This document shows positions 48,912 through 60,129 of a DNA stretch of 64,000 nucleotides, piece after piece (position 1 is the first letter of the stretch; every line of letters begins with the position of its first letter). Source of the stretch: Klebsormidium nitens (taxonomy: Eukaryota; Plantae; Klebsormidiophyceae). The DNA is taken from NCBI GenBank assembly GCA_000708835.1, contig DF237457.1, positions 1 through 64,000 of the forward strand, given 5' to 3'. The position numbers and the translations under genes were made by a program. The notes under the pieces were generated by a model. It did not search any database. It had not been told where the DNA came from and was given only the letters and a program-made list of their open reading frames with translations.

Positions 48912-49971
48912 ATTTAACGAAGAGTACTAGTTTCGCGGACTAGCTGGCTGACTTAGAGAGGGTCTCATAGGCATTAGAGACAGAATCCATTCCCACATAG
49001 GGCGGGTGCACTGCATATCTTAACGGCTGGCTGCTCTGGACTGAGAAAATGGTCGAGCTGCATACGTTTGGTAAGCTGCTGCAGGAAAAGGGACAAAGGT
49101 CTGAAAAGACGTCTCAGTACCATTTTGGCCGTTGCTAGGTAGTACAAGAGCGGGTGACGATAGTTGGACTAGCTTGAGCTTGGCGCGCAGATCAGCATTG
49201 TTCCTGGCACAACCTGCAAATCCAGTCAGCTGGACGGCAAGGGATGAGAGTCATCCAGCCCAATGCAATTGACAGGCTCAAACTGCACTCGTGCCACGGC
49301 CCTAGATCACAAGAGCGCTTATGCGCTAACTTGAAATTTTACATAGGACTGCTGGCGCGACCATCAAACAGCATGCCTAGTGGAAAACTTAATTTCCATG
49401 CGACGGCATACGGCGAGATGAGCTCCGATCAATCGCCGGGAACAAGACCGCACACGTCTAGCTTCAAAGTATTGTAAGAGGATGCTTAGACGGTGTGACT
49501 AAGGCCGTACCGAGCATAAGGTGATGACCACTTATACGAGTGACGATCTAGGTTACTGCTCAGTGGCAATCGAGTGCGATCAACTTATGATTGCATTTAT
49601 ATACGCGCTTTGATCTAGTGCATGAACTAATAAAGAGCTCCAGCTCGAAGAGAGGCCAGCTGCCAGCCGCACCCACGTTGCCGTCGCCGGCCGCACGTGC
49701 ACATGTGAGCAATAGTGACATGCTAATTCTCCATCTTGAAAACAGCTGCATGGGATATAAGAATCTTGCAAGCCTGCCAATCTTAACCAGGCGCGCGCGT
49801 GCACTGCGTGATCGAATGTACACACACGTATATATTGCATCCGGCCATGAGAGATCTTCACCTAGTCATGTTGATTCGAACTATTGTGATCACGTACATG
49901 CTGAACCGTGAACGACACAAATTTCTGTATACACATAGCTTTAGCGCTGATTACTTCCAGATCACACAAGC

Positions 49972-50344
49972 NNNNNNNNNNNNNNNNNNNNNNNNNNNNN
50001 NNNNNNNNNNNNNNNNNNNNNNNNNNNNNNNNNNNNNNNNNNNNNNNNNNNNNNNNNNNNNNNNNNNNNNNNNNNNNNNNNNNNNNNNNNNNNNNNNNNN
50101 NNNNNNNNNNNNNNNNNNNNNNNNNNNNNNNNNNNNNNNNNNNNNNNNNNNNNNNNNNNNNNNNNNNNNNNNNNNNNNNNNNNNNNNNNNNNNNNNNNNN
50201 NNNNNNNNNNNNNNNNNNNNNNNNNNNNNNNNNNNNNNNNNNNNNNNNNNNNNNNNNNNNNNNNNNNNNNNNNNNNNNNNNNNNNNNNNNNNNNNNNNNN
50301 NNNNNNNNNNNNNNNNNNNNNNNNNNNNNNNNNNNNNNNNNNNN
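49972..50344. other. Assembly gap (373 N)
   Basis: Run of n characters. Confidence 1.
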
Positions 50345-50768
50345 GCATATTATCATAGATGAATTGTCCGATTGATGCATGCGGCGTGAAAGTATACAAT
50401 TGAGTCGTCGATCAGACAGTGTGCCGCGCTATTGTTTCAGGGGGCGGCTGACATAAAAAACCGCGATTGAAGAATCACAGATTTGATCATAGTGACTAGT
50501 AAACCAGAGTCACGAGCGATGCAGGCGATCACCTGATGCATGCTTCGACACCATCATGACAGCATTCTCCGAACCCATTGCGATCACTGTGTACATGCAT
50601 TAACATAGAATGGATTCAGCAAGCGAGAAGCCAATGACATTGCCTTGATATAATAGCACTATAACAAATCCAGATAAAGCGGATGACATGCCCGAGCCCA
50701 CCCGTATAGATTCCTGTAATTCCTCAAAAAACCGCTCGAGCGAGTGCGCAAGAGCATAATCCTCACCG

Positions 50769-52776
50769 TTATTGTTCTACATTGGAGACAACCGGGTCTT
50801 CAATGGGTGGCCCGTACACTTGTTCACATCTTCTCTCAAAGGACGACACCATTCGAGCTGCTACTTCGTCGAAAAACAGATTGGCAACCTGCGGGGAGAC
50901 ACGGTTCGAATCACGGTATGCGAACCTTACAAAACTGTCCCAGTATTTGATGTGGATGGAACGAAACCTTAGAAACGCCGGGAAGTATTACCGGCTGAGC
51001 CCAATGGCTGGCCGACCAACTAGACTCCACCAGCTTATCGTTGGAAGGTCGGAACATTGTTAGAAGATTGTTCGTAATCACTATGCGCAGTCAAGGCCAA
51101 CGAAGATTGCACGGGACCGGGGCCCCTATTTTGAAGACGACCCCCGCTGACCTTTTAGTTTCAAGACCCCGGATGCTGAGATGCATCCCAGATTCCGAAT
51201 TTGACAAACATCACGCATGTCTGCTCTAGTAGAGGTTAAGACTTACCCTATGATAGAGCGGTGATCGGAACTGGAAGTCAACTCGGAACTTGAGCGCTGT
51301 CTTGTTGGGAGTGGGGCCGCTGTTAAACTCCCACAAGCAGTCCAGGTACTCAAACAGATTACTGCCTGAAACTGTCGACTGCACAAGAAGCCAAAACCAA
51401 CGCATGTGAGTGATTGTGGGAAACCCGGTGCAACGAAAGCGTCGTGCTTACGAAAGTATCAGTTGCTTTGGCACCTACTGACTCCTTGTGCTCGATCGTG
51501 AGTAGACGGAAGACCTGTGTTAGATCAATCCTGGGTGACTGGAAAGACCCGTTTTGAATAGGCATCTCATTCCTGGTGACTGGGGAGGACTCCTGAACAG
51601 CAAGAATTCTGTTTGAACATCATCACAATCCCAAACTTCTCACATAATTTTGAAGCATTGTTGCAGCCATCCCGGAAGCCATTTACATTGGATGATTCAG
51701 ATTGTGTACTCGTACACAAATGGAATGTTGACGCACCCGCACATATCGTGGTCTCTCCTGGGTCACGTGGCTTGTGTAGCTCTCTGTAAATATTTTGAAG
51801 CCCACTTCTAGCTCTGCCTCCACTTCCTCTACTGGCCCCTCCTGCTTCCTTATCAGAATCTCGCTTCGTTGACACCACGGTACAAAGTCCTCATAAAAGT
51901 CGACTGCGGCCACAACGTCAAAGAGCTGGTCAGGGGGGTACCTAAAGACAGGAGAAGAGCTTAGTCAGCTTTATGTTCACCATATCAAATACGCCCACTT
52001 GCGGTATGAATGGCTGTAGTCCAATAGCAGCCCACTTTACAAGAAACTTGACGCACAGGGAATGAGCCGCTTCTGCCACCACCTACAGAAAAATCTCTCA
52101 ACCACTCTCTCACAAACATATGCAAACTTGATTTTCAAGCTACTCTTTTCCATCTGAACGACCGTTTCAGCTCAATCCTGCAATCTGGGTATGTTAGCCC
52201 TTCAGAAGTGGACCCGCTTTGTACCCATCGCAATATCAGTGAGTGGGGCTAGAAAGAGCATGATTGAAGAATCAGTCCGCCTGCAGAATCTAAGCGTTCT
52301 CATACCTTCGGCACGGCACCACTCCCTTTGACGCAGCAAGTAACCGCAGAAGGAAAGTCTCACCCAATGACTCTCTCCTCCTGATGATGCCGTGCATGGT
52401 CCTTGTCTTCGTCCCCGTCCCCAATGCCAAGCACCATGGTCCTGATTTGATGCTGCACTCCTAAACCCCCCATCTCCATTCCTGATCCCAACCTATGTTC
52501 AATCCCACCTACATTCCTGGCACTCCCGTGTATCCAACTTTTGGTGGATGCATGCAAGCTGCCAGCAGGACTGCACGGATGGCCATGATCGCCATGGTTG
52601 CACGCTGGGTCAGCAGAGCTCGCTGTGCGGGCAGCTGAATTGTGAACTGGCCTGCTTCCCGCTTCAGCATAGCTGGTGCTACATGCCCCCAGAGCCTCAG
52701 TATGTCTGCGGAGGTAGTGCTGCTGCAGAGAGCGGAGAACATGGCGGGCCAGAATGGCCTCTCTACCTAGCGCCAT
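50769..52776 (-). CDS. COQ10: Coenzyme Q-binding protein COQ10 (START/polyketide cyclase fold), mitochondrial precursor, ~289 aa
   Basis: Exons 52776-52364, 51941-51737, 51378-51247, 50888-50769, in phase. Motifs ERVIGYPPDQLFDVVAAVDFYEDFVPWCQRS, AELEVGF, ESYTSHV, LWEFNSGP, VDFQFRSPLY, FERRC. Confidence 0.92.
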
Positions 52777-53267
52777 GGCAATTGCACTCTGGAGCGCCCT
52801 TGAGCAACTTTGCCTGGACTCTGTTCTGATGTCAACAGGAACAGTGTAGCTGCGCTTTCCTGCTTTCTTTGTCAAACCGAACGGGTTGCAAGACAAGTTT
52901 CACGTCGTAACCTGGGGTCACCGACTAATCTGGTTAGAAAGAGTGCCAGGTTTTGCTGCTCTGACAGGGATGGGCTTCAAGCTCGATAGGAACCTTAACC
53001 GTCGATCGGTTTGGAGCGTGGGTAATGTCAATTTGAGTGTTATCTTCTAGACCCCTGCACTGCACCGGGAATTCAAAGTTGAAGGGCAGACATCTGACAA
53101 GTTTTGGCACTTCGGCAATTCAATTCTCAGGAAGGGACGGCTGTGGACGACTTTGAAGCGAAGCAGCCCCAAACTTAACCTGCATTGCAAATGTGCCCTT
53201 CAGTAAAGTGAGTGGCTTTTCACCGCAGCGTTGAGGGTGCATTGGATCTTGTTAGGTTGTCTCCAGC

Positions 53268-54859
53268 ATGGCGCCAGCTGATGCGCTGGTAAGACCATCA
53301 TTTGTACAGCGGAGTTTGCCGCGGGCATCACCTGTTGGGTTCACGCACCGACCGGGCGGCCAGCATTCTACACCACCCTTTTCAATAGTTGCGCTCTTGA
53401 GTAGTTGGGAATGTCAAGACCAGAGGAGCCGCTGTAAAGCAATTGCGGGCATATCAAGCAGTAGTTTCTCCGGGGCACAGTCACGAGAAGCGCTAGTGTC
53501 GGGGTGGACCGCTCAGGGGCTTCAGGAGCGCACACACCTGGTGCGTCAAAGCCCAAGGTGTACAAAGGCAAAAGCAAAGTCTAAGAAGAAACCAAGCACG
53601 GGGAGGCCCAAACCAAAACCTTGGCCTTTTGAAGACCTGATGATGTTTTGGGACGTGGCGTTCGAGAAGTGGAGTGAGGACCCGGAGCGAGCAAAGGTGC
53701 GCCACTCCCAGGTTTCCTGATTTGAAGTGAGCGGCCAAGATGTAGTTTTTAGCAAACAGTCGACTCCAAGATCAATTGGCCTTGATTTTGGAGCCCTGGC
53801 TAGTTGCTTTCTGGTTCTATGACACTGATGGAAGACTCAAGTTCACTGTCGGTGTGTTGCTCAGTGTCGCCTTCCACAAAATGAGTCCACGAAGTTGCTC
53901 GGTGAGATCAACCCCTCTATCGATGGTGCGAAGGGACCCGAGAATCAAATATTTAAGAGTTACTCGTCCTAAATGTGTCCCACGAAGCTTTTCCTTTGCC
54001 AACTAGAACACAGAACGTCCTTTCCTCTACGCAGTTAATCATCGACGCAGCCACAAAGGGACTGGCTGCTTACGGCCGGGGGGCTGTGCTTGTGCGTGAG
54101 ACAGTGACGGCTCGTTCAGTGAGCAGTGCCGGGAGCGGGTTTGGGCCCCAGGCGCAGCGGCAGCGACTACCAGATGACGAGCAGCAATTTGACAGCGTCA
54201 GCTTTGAGGTGGAGTACATGCCACGATGGAAGATGGAACGGCCAGCGGACGCTGACACTCAAAGCGAGGTGATAGACTCGACTGACTTTTGCTTTGAAGT
54301 GAAAGTATTTGTCCTGGCATGAACCACCTTCAAGCGTCCAAAGCCTGGAGTGGCCGTCCACTGGTTACGTACCCTTTACATCTTTGTTGAAAATCCTCAA
54401 TCAGAGCCATCTCCCAGAGTAACTTCAAAGCGAAATCTGGGGTATATCTGAAGGCCTCTTTCATCGCGTTCACAGGTACCGGCCGGCGCGCCTGCGGTTG
54501 TGTCGTATGAGAACCTGCGGCCTCTCCTCGGCAGCATGGATTGTACCCGGATGCTTACCTTGACACACAGTGATGCTGCGGCTGGGCCTACCACAACAGC
54601 AACGGCGGAAGATGGAAGCGAGTTGCAAGTGGAGATTGTCGATCCAAAAGAGGAAGAAGTGAGTGCATCCGAAAGCCTTGGATTTGAGTTCACGGGAGAG
54701 GAGCCATACAAAAGCGAAGAGGGGGAGCTGGTGCTCCTGATGGCTGTCATTGTAGATGGTCAGCTCGCAGTCGGAGCGGACGTGGTGCGGCGAGTGCCTT
54801 TGACAGCGGACGATGACAGTAGCTGGAGACTGGTGACGAGAGACGAGTTATTCATGTGA
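53268..54859 (+). CDS. Uncharacterised protein with transit-peptide-like N-terminus, ~355 aa
   Basis: Exons 53268-53696, 54014-54268, 54476-54859, all phase 0 with canonical splice sites. First ~100 aa are S/R/A-rich; globular-looking core WPFEDLMMFWD..IIDAATKGLAAYGRGAVLV..EYMPRW..GELVLLMAVIVDG. Confidence 0.7.
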
Positions 54860-55463
54860 TTCTAGGTGGATGGTTCCGATCTGCGTATGGAAGGCAATCA
54901 ATTGCTGTCTGCATGCCATCATGCGATGGTGCGCTCAAAATGACTCAGGTACGTCGCATGGATTATTGATTGACGGTATGCATGATGCCAGACCGTATTC
55001 CATGCATGGATCATAATTGTTCAACGCGTACATGGCCACACTGCCTGCATGCCAAGGCCCATGAAACTATCCAGACAATTGCAAGTCACGCTGCTATCCA
55101 ATCTTCTAGTCTGGCAGACGTACATGTTGCGGCTCGTCAAGCATACGTGACAATCACCCAGTCTCAAAGTATAAGACATGCGTGCCTCAGATGTACTTCG
55201 CGCAAGCATGTCAATCAGGTCCAATTTGTTTCGTGCTTGACCGGACTCTGAGTCCGTTTAGAAGTTGCCCTGCCAGCAGTCAATTGCTGCGCTTCAATCG
55301 AATCAGCGCATTGCAAGGCCTCCGAGTAAGAACCTGCGCAAATCTCTTCATGTATGCTGGGGCATGTCCTCTTCCAAGTTCTGGAGTCCGTCCTCATCTG
55401 CAACTTTCTTCAGTTGCACATGCATAGCCATCTTCCGGGAGCAGCTTAGCGGCTAGCGGCTTG

Positions 55464-58400
55464 TTAACTCTGCTCATCGACTCCCTTCACCGCCGCTAGA
55501 CTTTCGTCCGAAGAAGTCACTAGCCCCGCTGAAACACCTGTGCTCCTAGCGGCTTCCGGTGCGTGCTCGCCCATGTCATCCGAAGGCTGCCCGCCTCCAC
55601 TTTCTTGTCCTTCCGCTTTGCGGCGTGCTTGCCTATCACTTTCGATCTCCGCTCTTCTCGAGGCCTCACCGTCGCCTGCTTCCGCAAAGGGTTCCGAGTC
55701 TGCGCGGCTTCCCTGTGCTTCGCTTTTCTCTTCTCTGTCCATATCATGCCCCTGTCCTCGATGTACTTCCGAACGATGGTTGTGCTGCTCAGCCGTTTCA
55801 CTTTCAGACTTTTCCTCACCACTTTTCGCAACTCCTGCCTCTGGCTGGCTCCCTGCCTGTCCTGCGCCTCCCGCGTGACTGCCCGCTTCTTGAGGCGCCG
55901 ACGCCTCTCCTTGCACCTCTCCTCGCGCCAATCCAGTCCCCTCCTGTGCCAACGTCGCCTCCTTATCCCCTGACGACTCATCGGCGCCGGTCCCATTTCC
56001 TCCCGGCATCCCGTCTACTGCCTCCAAAGCTTTCCCCTCATTGAACCCACCGGCCGGCCCGTTGCCAGTAGCCGCAGTTTTCAACGAGTCTCCTTTCCCC
56101 GCCCCCGACTCGCTTTCCGACTGTCCTGGACCACCGCTTTCGGCCGCTGTAACGCCCAGCTGCCGCGCCAGCCCCGCGTTACGCTCCTGCAAGCCCCGTG
56201 CAAGGGCCTCGTACTTGAGCACCAGCTCCTTGTACTCGGTCAGCAGGGCGTCCACGTCGCCCACCCGCAGATCGCCCACTGACGTGTACAGGAACCGGTA
56301 GTCGCGCGCCAGCTGTCCGCTCTCCGCAGCGCTGACAACTGCGGCCGCGCCGCGCGCCTCGAGCTGCGCCAGGGAGTCCCCTGAGAGAGGGGCAGTGCTT
56401 CGGAAGTATTAGGGACTGAAGGACCTTTTCCTTTTACGGGAAAAGGTGGGCGGGTCCGGAAAGCGGGAAGTTCAGCAGAAGCAGGGGTGGGAAGCAGGAG
56501 GAGGGAAAGCAGCAGGTGACCTCTGAGGTGTAATTGATCACTACGACGAGTATGAAGCTCTAGCTGTATCAAGTTACTTCGGAAAAAACCCGAGACCCTT
56601 TCTTTGAGCTAGTCTCCGTCACAGCTTTCAGAAGGTCGCAGAAAGCAGGACTTAGCAAATTTTGATTGCTCCCAATCTGCGTGCTACCAATCTCCTAGAA
56701 CGGAGGGGTTTCAAAAGCTCGCCGACCCTCAGCTCTGACGATCCTTTCAGCCACAGGCTTTATTTGCAATAATCAAGGTCGCATCCAGCCCTGCTCGTCA
56801 CCTGGCTGCGTCAGCGGCGCAGAGGCGCTGTCGGCCGGGGACACGGTCAACCCGGGGCTGGGGGGAGGCGCCGGCGCGCGTGCCGCCAAACCCCCTGCCG
56901 CAGCATCAGCCGTCACCAGCATTGGCGAAGACCCGCTGTTGCTCATGCCAGGCTGCGTCGCTATCCGCGGGCTAGTGTCCCCCTCGGAGTGCGAACGATT
57001 GTGACGGGGGGGCAGGTCGCCTGCCTTTCCGGGGGGAGTGCTGGCCTTGCGTGCTTGGGGGGGAGTCCCGTCGGAAATATTTGGGGGGATCTGCGCGAGC
57101 GCTTGCTGCATCTTGGATTCGAATTCAGCGGGGTCGATGGAGAGGGAGGAGGGGTTGAGGTGCTCGATGAAGGCGGCTGCCGAGACGGCGTTGGTGAAAA
57201 AGTAGGCGGACTCGGCCACAAGGCGCGACGCGGCGCGGTAGCGCTGGATGAACTGCAGGTTGCTGTGCAGCGCGGGGGGGTTGGCCTGGAAGCGGTGGGG
57301 GTGAGGCTGATGTCACCAGCAATAACGGAAGGTTTCGAAGAGGGCTTCTAGTAGGACAGTACGATTGGAATAGGGGCGTCAGAAGAGCCTCAGACGGAAG
57401 CATCCGACGAGCTTTTTACAAACGACTGTCGATGAGGGCTGAGGGCCGAGGCTGATGATCATGGCAAAGAACGTCTGCCATCTAGGCTTCGGCTAGCGAA
57501 CCCCTACATCAAATGTTCTAGGAATGGCAAATGAAACATAACTGCTGCCGAATCTGACTCCGAAGATAAGCTGGGTCCGTTAGGTCCGTTAGACGTGTCT
57601 GGACAATTGTCAGCGAAGTACCATGCAACAATGAAGACCGATCGCACGCCAAACGTTTGGATGTTCGAGCCTGCACTCTGATGCGACTTGAGGCTTCTGC
57701 TTGCACGCTTGTCATGTACACCTCTGCGGGTGTGAACCTAAGGTACTTCCCATTGCCATCACGGAATAAAACCTTCCGTCGATACTTCGGACTCTTAAGA
57801 ACAGTAATACGACTTCCTTAATGAAGCAGCAATCACATACTCACCTTGATGACGACATAGATGAGAACCGGCAGGAAGTCGTCTGCTCCAGGGGGATCCC
57901 CCTGCGCGGCCATGGCCATGTTGAGCAGCAGGTTGTTGATGACGCGGCAGCAGTTGAGAATGCACACCAGCTTGTCGCGAGGGGCCTTGTATGCGCCCAA
58001 CTTGCCCAGCTCCTTTTGCGCCAGCTGGCAGGCGAAGAAAGACGGGTCACTCTTATGTCGTACTCCGCTATTGAGACAGGTTACTGCCCGGAGATCGGGT
58101 GGAGATGTTCTGGGGCTTAGGGTGGATACGGGTGAGGAGCATGTTAACTCGGGGTTTACCTTTCTACTTTGTGTGGATCAGGGAACTGTGTGAGTTAACG
58201 TAAGCCTAATTCAATGCAAAAGCGAGACTTGAGACAGGTCTGGATTGTTGGGGCAGCTAGTAAGTACCTCACTGAGGACTTCGAAAAGTCAAGTAATCTG
58301 CTTCCATGGACGAGCTGCTGTTGATTAAGGACGGTGATCAAAGTAGCAGAGGTCCCAATCAGAGACTCATGTCAGCAATCTTCCACCAGTCCACGCAATG

Positions 58401-59436
58401 ACTCGACCACGATGTTTTTAAAGGCTCATCTAACAGTGATGGCGCTGCGATATGGAGGCGTGTTCTTGCCAGCCAGGAGGGCTCGTTGCCAAAGCTGGCG
58501 GGGATGTCGAGGTGCTCGGGCCGCAGAAACTGCTGCAGCGCGGCCATGCGCTCGGCCAGCAGGCGGTCTGTGGCGGCGTCCGCGGGGATGGGGCCAAACG
58601 CGCGCGCAAACACCTTGGTCAGCAGATACTTCTCCAAGCCCTGGAGTATAGAAGGGGGCAGTGGGAAGGTAAATGTCCTTGCCGCTGCTGGGTAGGCGAT
58701 TTCACAATGCATGTCGCGACGAAAGCAGCCCGTCTTAGACCAAGTGTTGCTGGACGCAGCGTTAAAAGTACTGTGTAGTGTGTCAGCAGGGCCAGCATGA
58801 TCACAACATCTCTTCTCATCAGACAGCGTTCAGCCCTGAACAACTAAACTTAACTTTGTGAACTAGCTATTCCAAGGAGGCCCCCCTAGATCGAACATAG
58901 ACGAGGACAACGAATAATTTGCGCCCACTTCACCTAGCCCTCCCCCGCCACTTGCGCTCACCTCGCCCGCACTCTCGAGCTCCTCCTCAGTGGCACCCGC
59001 CCACAGGGGATGCGCCCGGAACGTGGCCTCAGTCTGCGCCAGGAACTGCTGCACGGCGGCGCTGTCCTTGTCGGGGTCAGGCGCACTGGCCTGGAATGAC
59101 ACGATGAACCTGCACCACATAGAGCCAGTTCAGCAAGCTTGCGTTCAGACTCAACAATTTCCCAATGCTGCCACTCTCAAAACTTCAATCAATCTCTTTG
59201 GTGGCAGCTATACTCATTTGTAAGCATTGCATGAGTCTGTATGTTGGCGAGGGGTGCGATCTGCATATCAGTAAACAAAGCGCTTTTTGTGGCACCAGTG
59301 GTTGCGCAGCGCCTCACCCTTTGATGGCGCGCACCAGGTCGACGGCGCTGGGGTGGCGCATCTTCTCCAGAAAATTGTGGAACGTTAGCTGCGCCGTGGC
59401 CGCCGAGAAAGGGTCCTGCTTGTCCCCACTGGCCAT
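55464..59436 (-). CDS. VPS9a: VPS9-domain Rab5 guanine-nucleotide exchange factor, VPS9a-like, with long acidic low-complexity tail, ~672 aa
   Basis: Exons 59436-59318, 59109-58962, 58640-58470 (GC donor CTG|GCAAGA), 58024-57845, 57285-56802, 56380-55464, in phase. Motifs LEKYLLTK, LAQKEL..YKAPRDKLVCILNCC, GADDFLPVLIYVVIKANPPQLHSNL, ESAYFFTN, and plant-type DVDALLTEYKELVLKY. Confidence 0.93.
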
Positions 59437-60129
59437 CTTGCCACCAAGTCAGGATATTGCGTGGAGATCTCAGCACATGGTTCTCACGGAGTGCTGGTGG
59501 AACAAATTACGGTCCCCCAAGTCAATCGTACTCGCTGGGTAATCAAACCTTAGCAGAAGGCTGTATGCCCTTGAATGAATGTTGCCTTCAAAAGATAGAC
59601 AAAGAGGCCTTGAAGTGGTGACGCTAGCCGGTTGATAGGAGCGATTGAAGCAGGGCTTTGTCTAAGCTGCTCTCTGATCCACTTTCGGACTGCTAGCTGA
59701 GCTGTTCCACTACAAGACTCACCGAATGCAGCACCTTGAGCCTCACCCTTGCTGTGGGCCTGCCTTCAAGATGGGCCGCAAAAGCTACTGCCATCATGCG
59801 CCTGCTGCTGCTACTGGAGCTGAAGCATAGCTGGGGGCAAATTGAGGAAGCTCACAAGCACTTCAAACAATTGTACCGGTAAATTGGAGCCCGCATGAGT
59901 TTAGAAAGAGTATTGCACTCGAAATATCTCCCAAGCTGAGAAGCAACGACGGCATCCCAGCTCGACCTTCTTCCCCAAGACCGAGGTACCTATTCTAATA
60001 GGGTCGGAACTGACCTGCAAAAGCGCGCAATGGCGGTAGGATCAGGGTTCAGAACGCGTGTGTAGCTAGGTAGGTAGCGCTGTAGCAGGAAGGTGGCGCC
60101 TGCGATGCGCGCCCCTGGCATGCGGTGCC

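Noticed and set aside
49799-50399. ORFs spanning the N run
   Set aside because: Artefacts of translating ambiguous bases.
50903-50912. GGTTCGAATC tRNA T-loop-like motif
   Set aside because: No cloverleaf stems or A-box, and it lies at a COQ10 intron end.
47266-52776. Adjacent mitochondrial genes frataxin and COQ10 as a functional cluster
   Set aside because: They are convergent, share no promoter and act in different pathways. Coincidence is sufficient.
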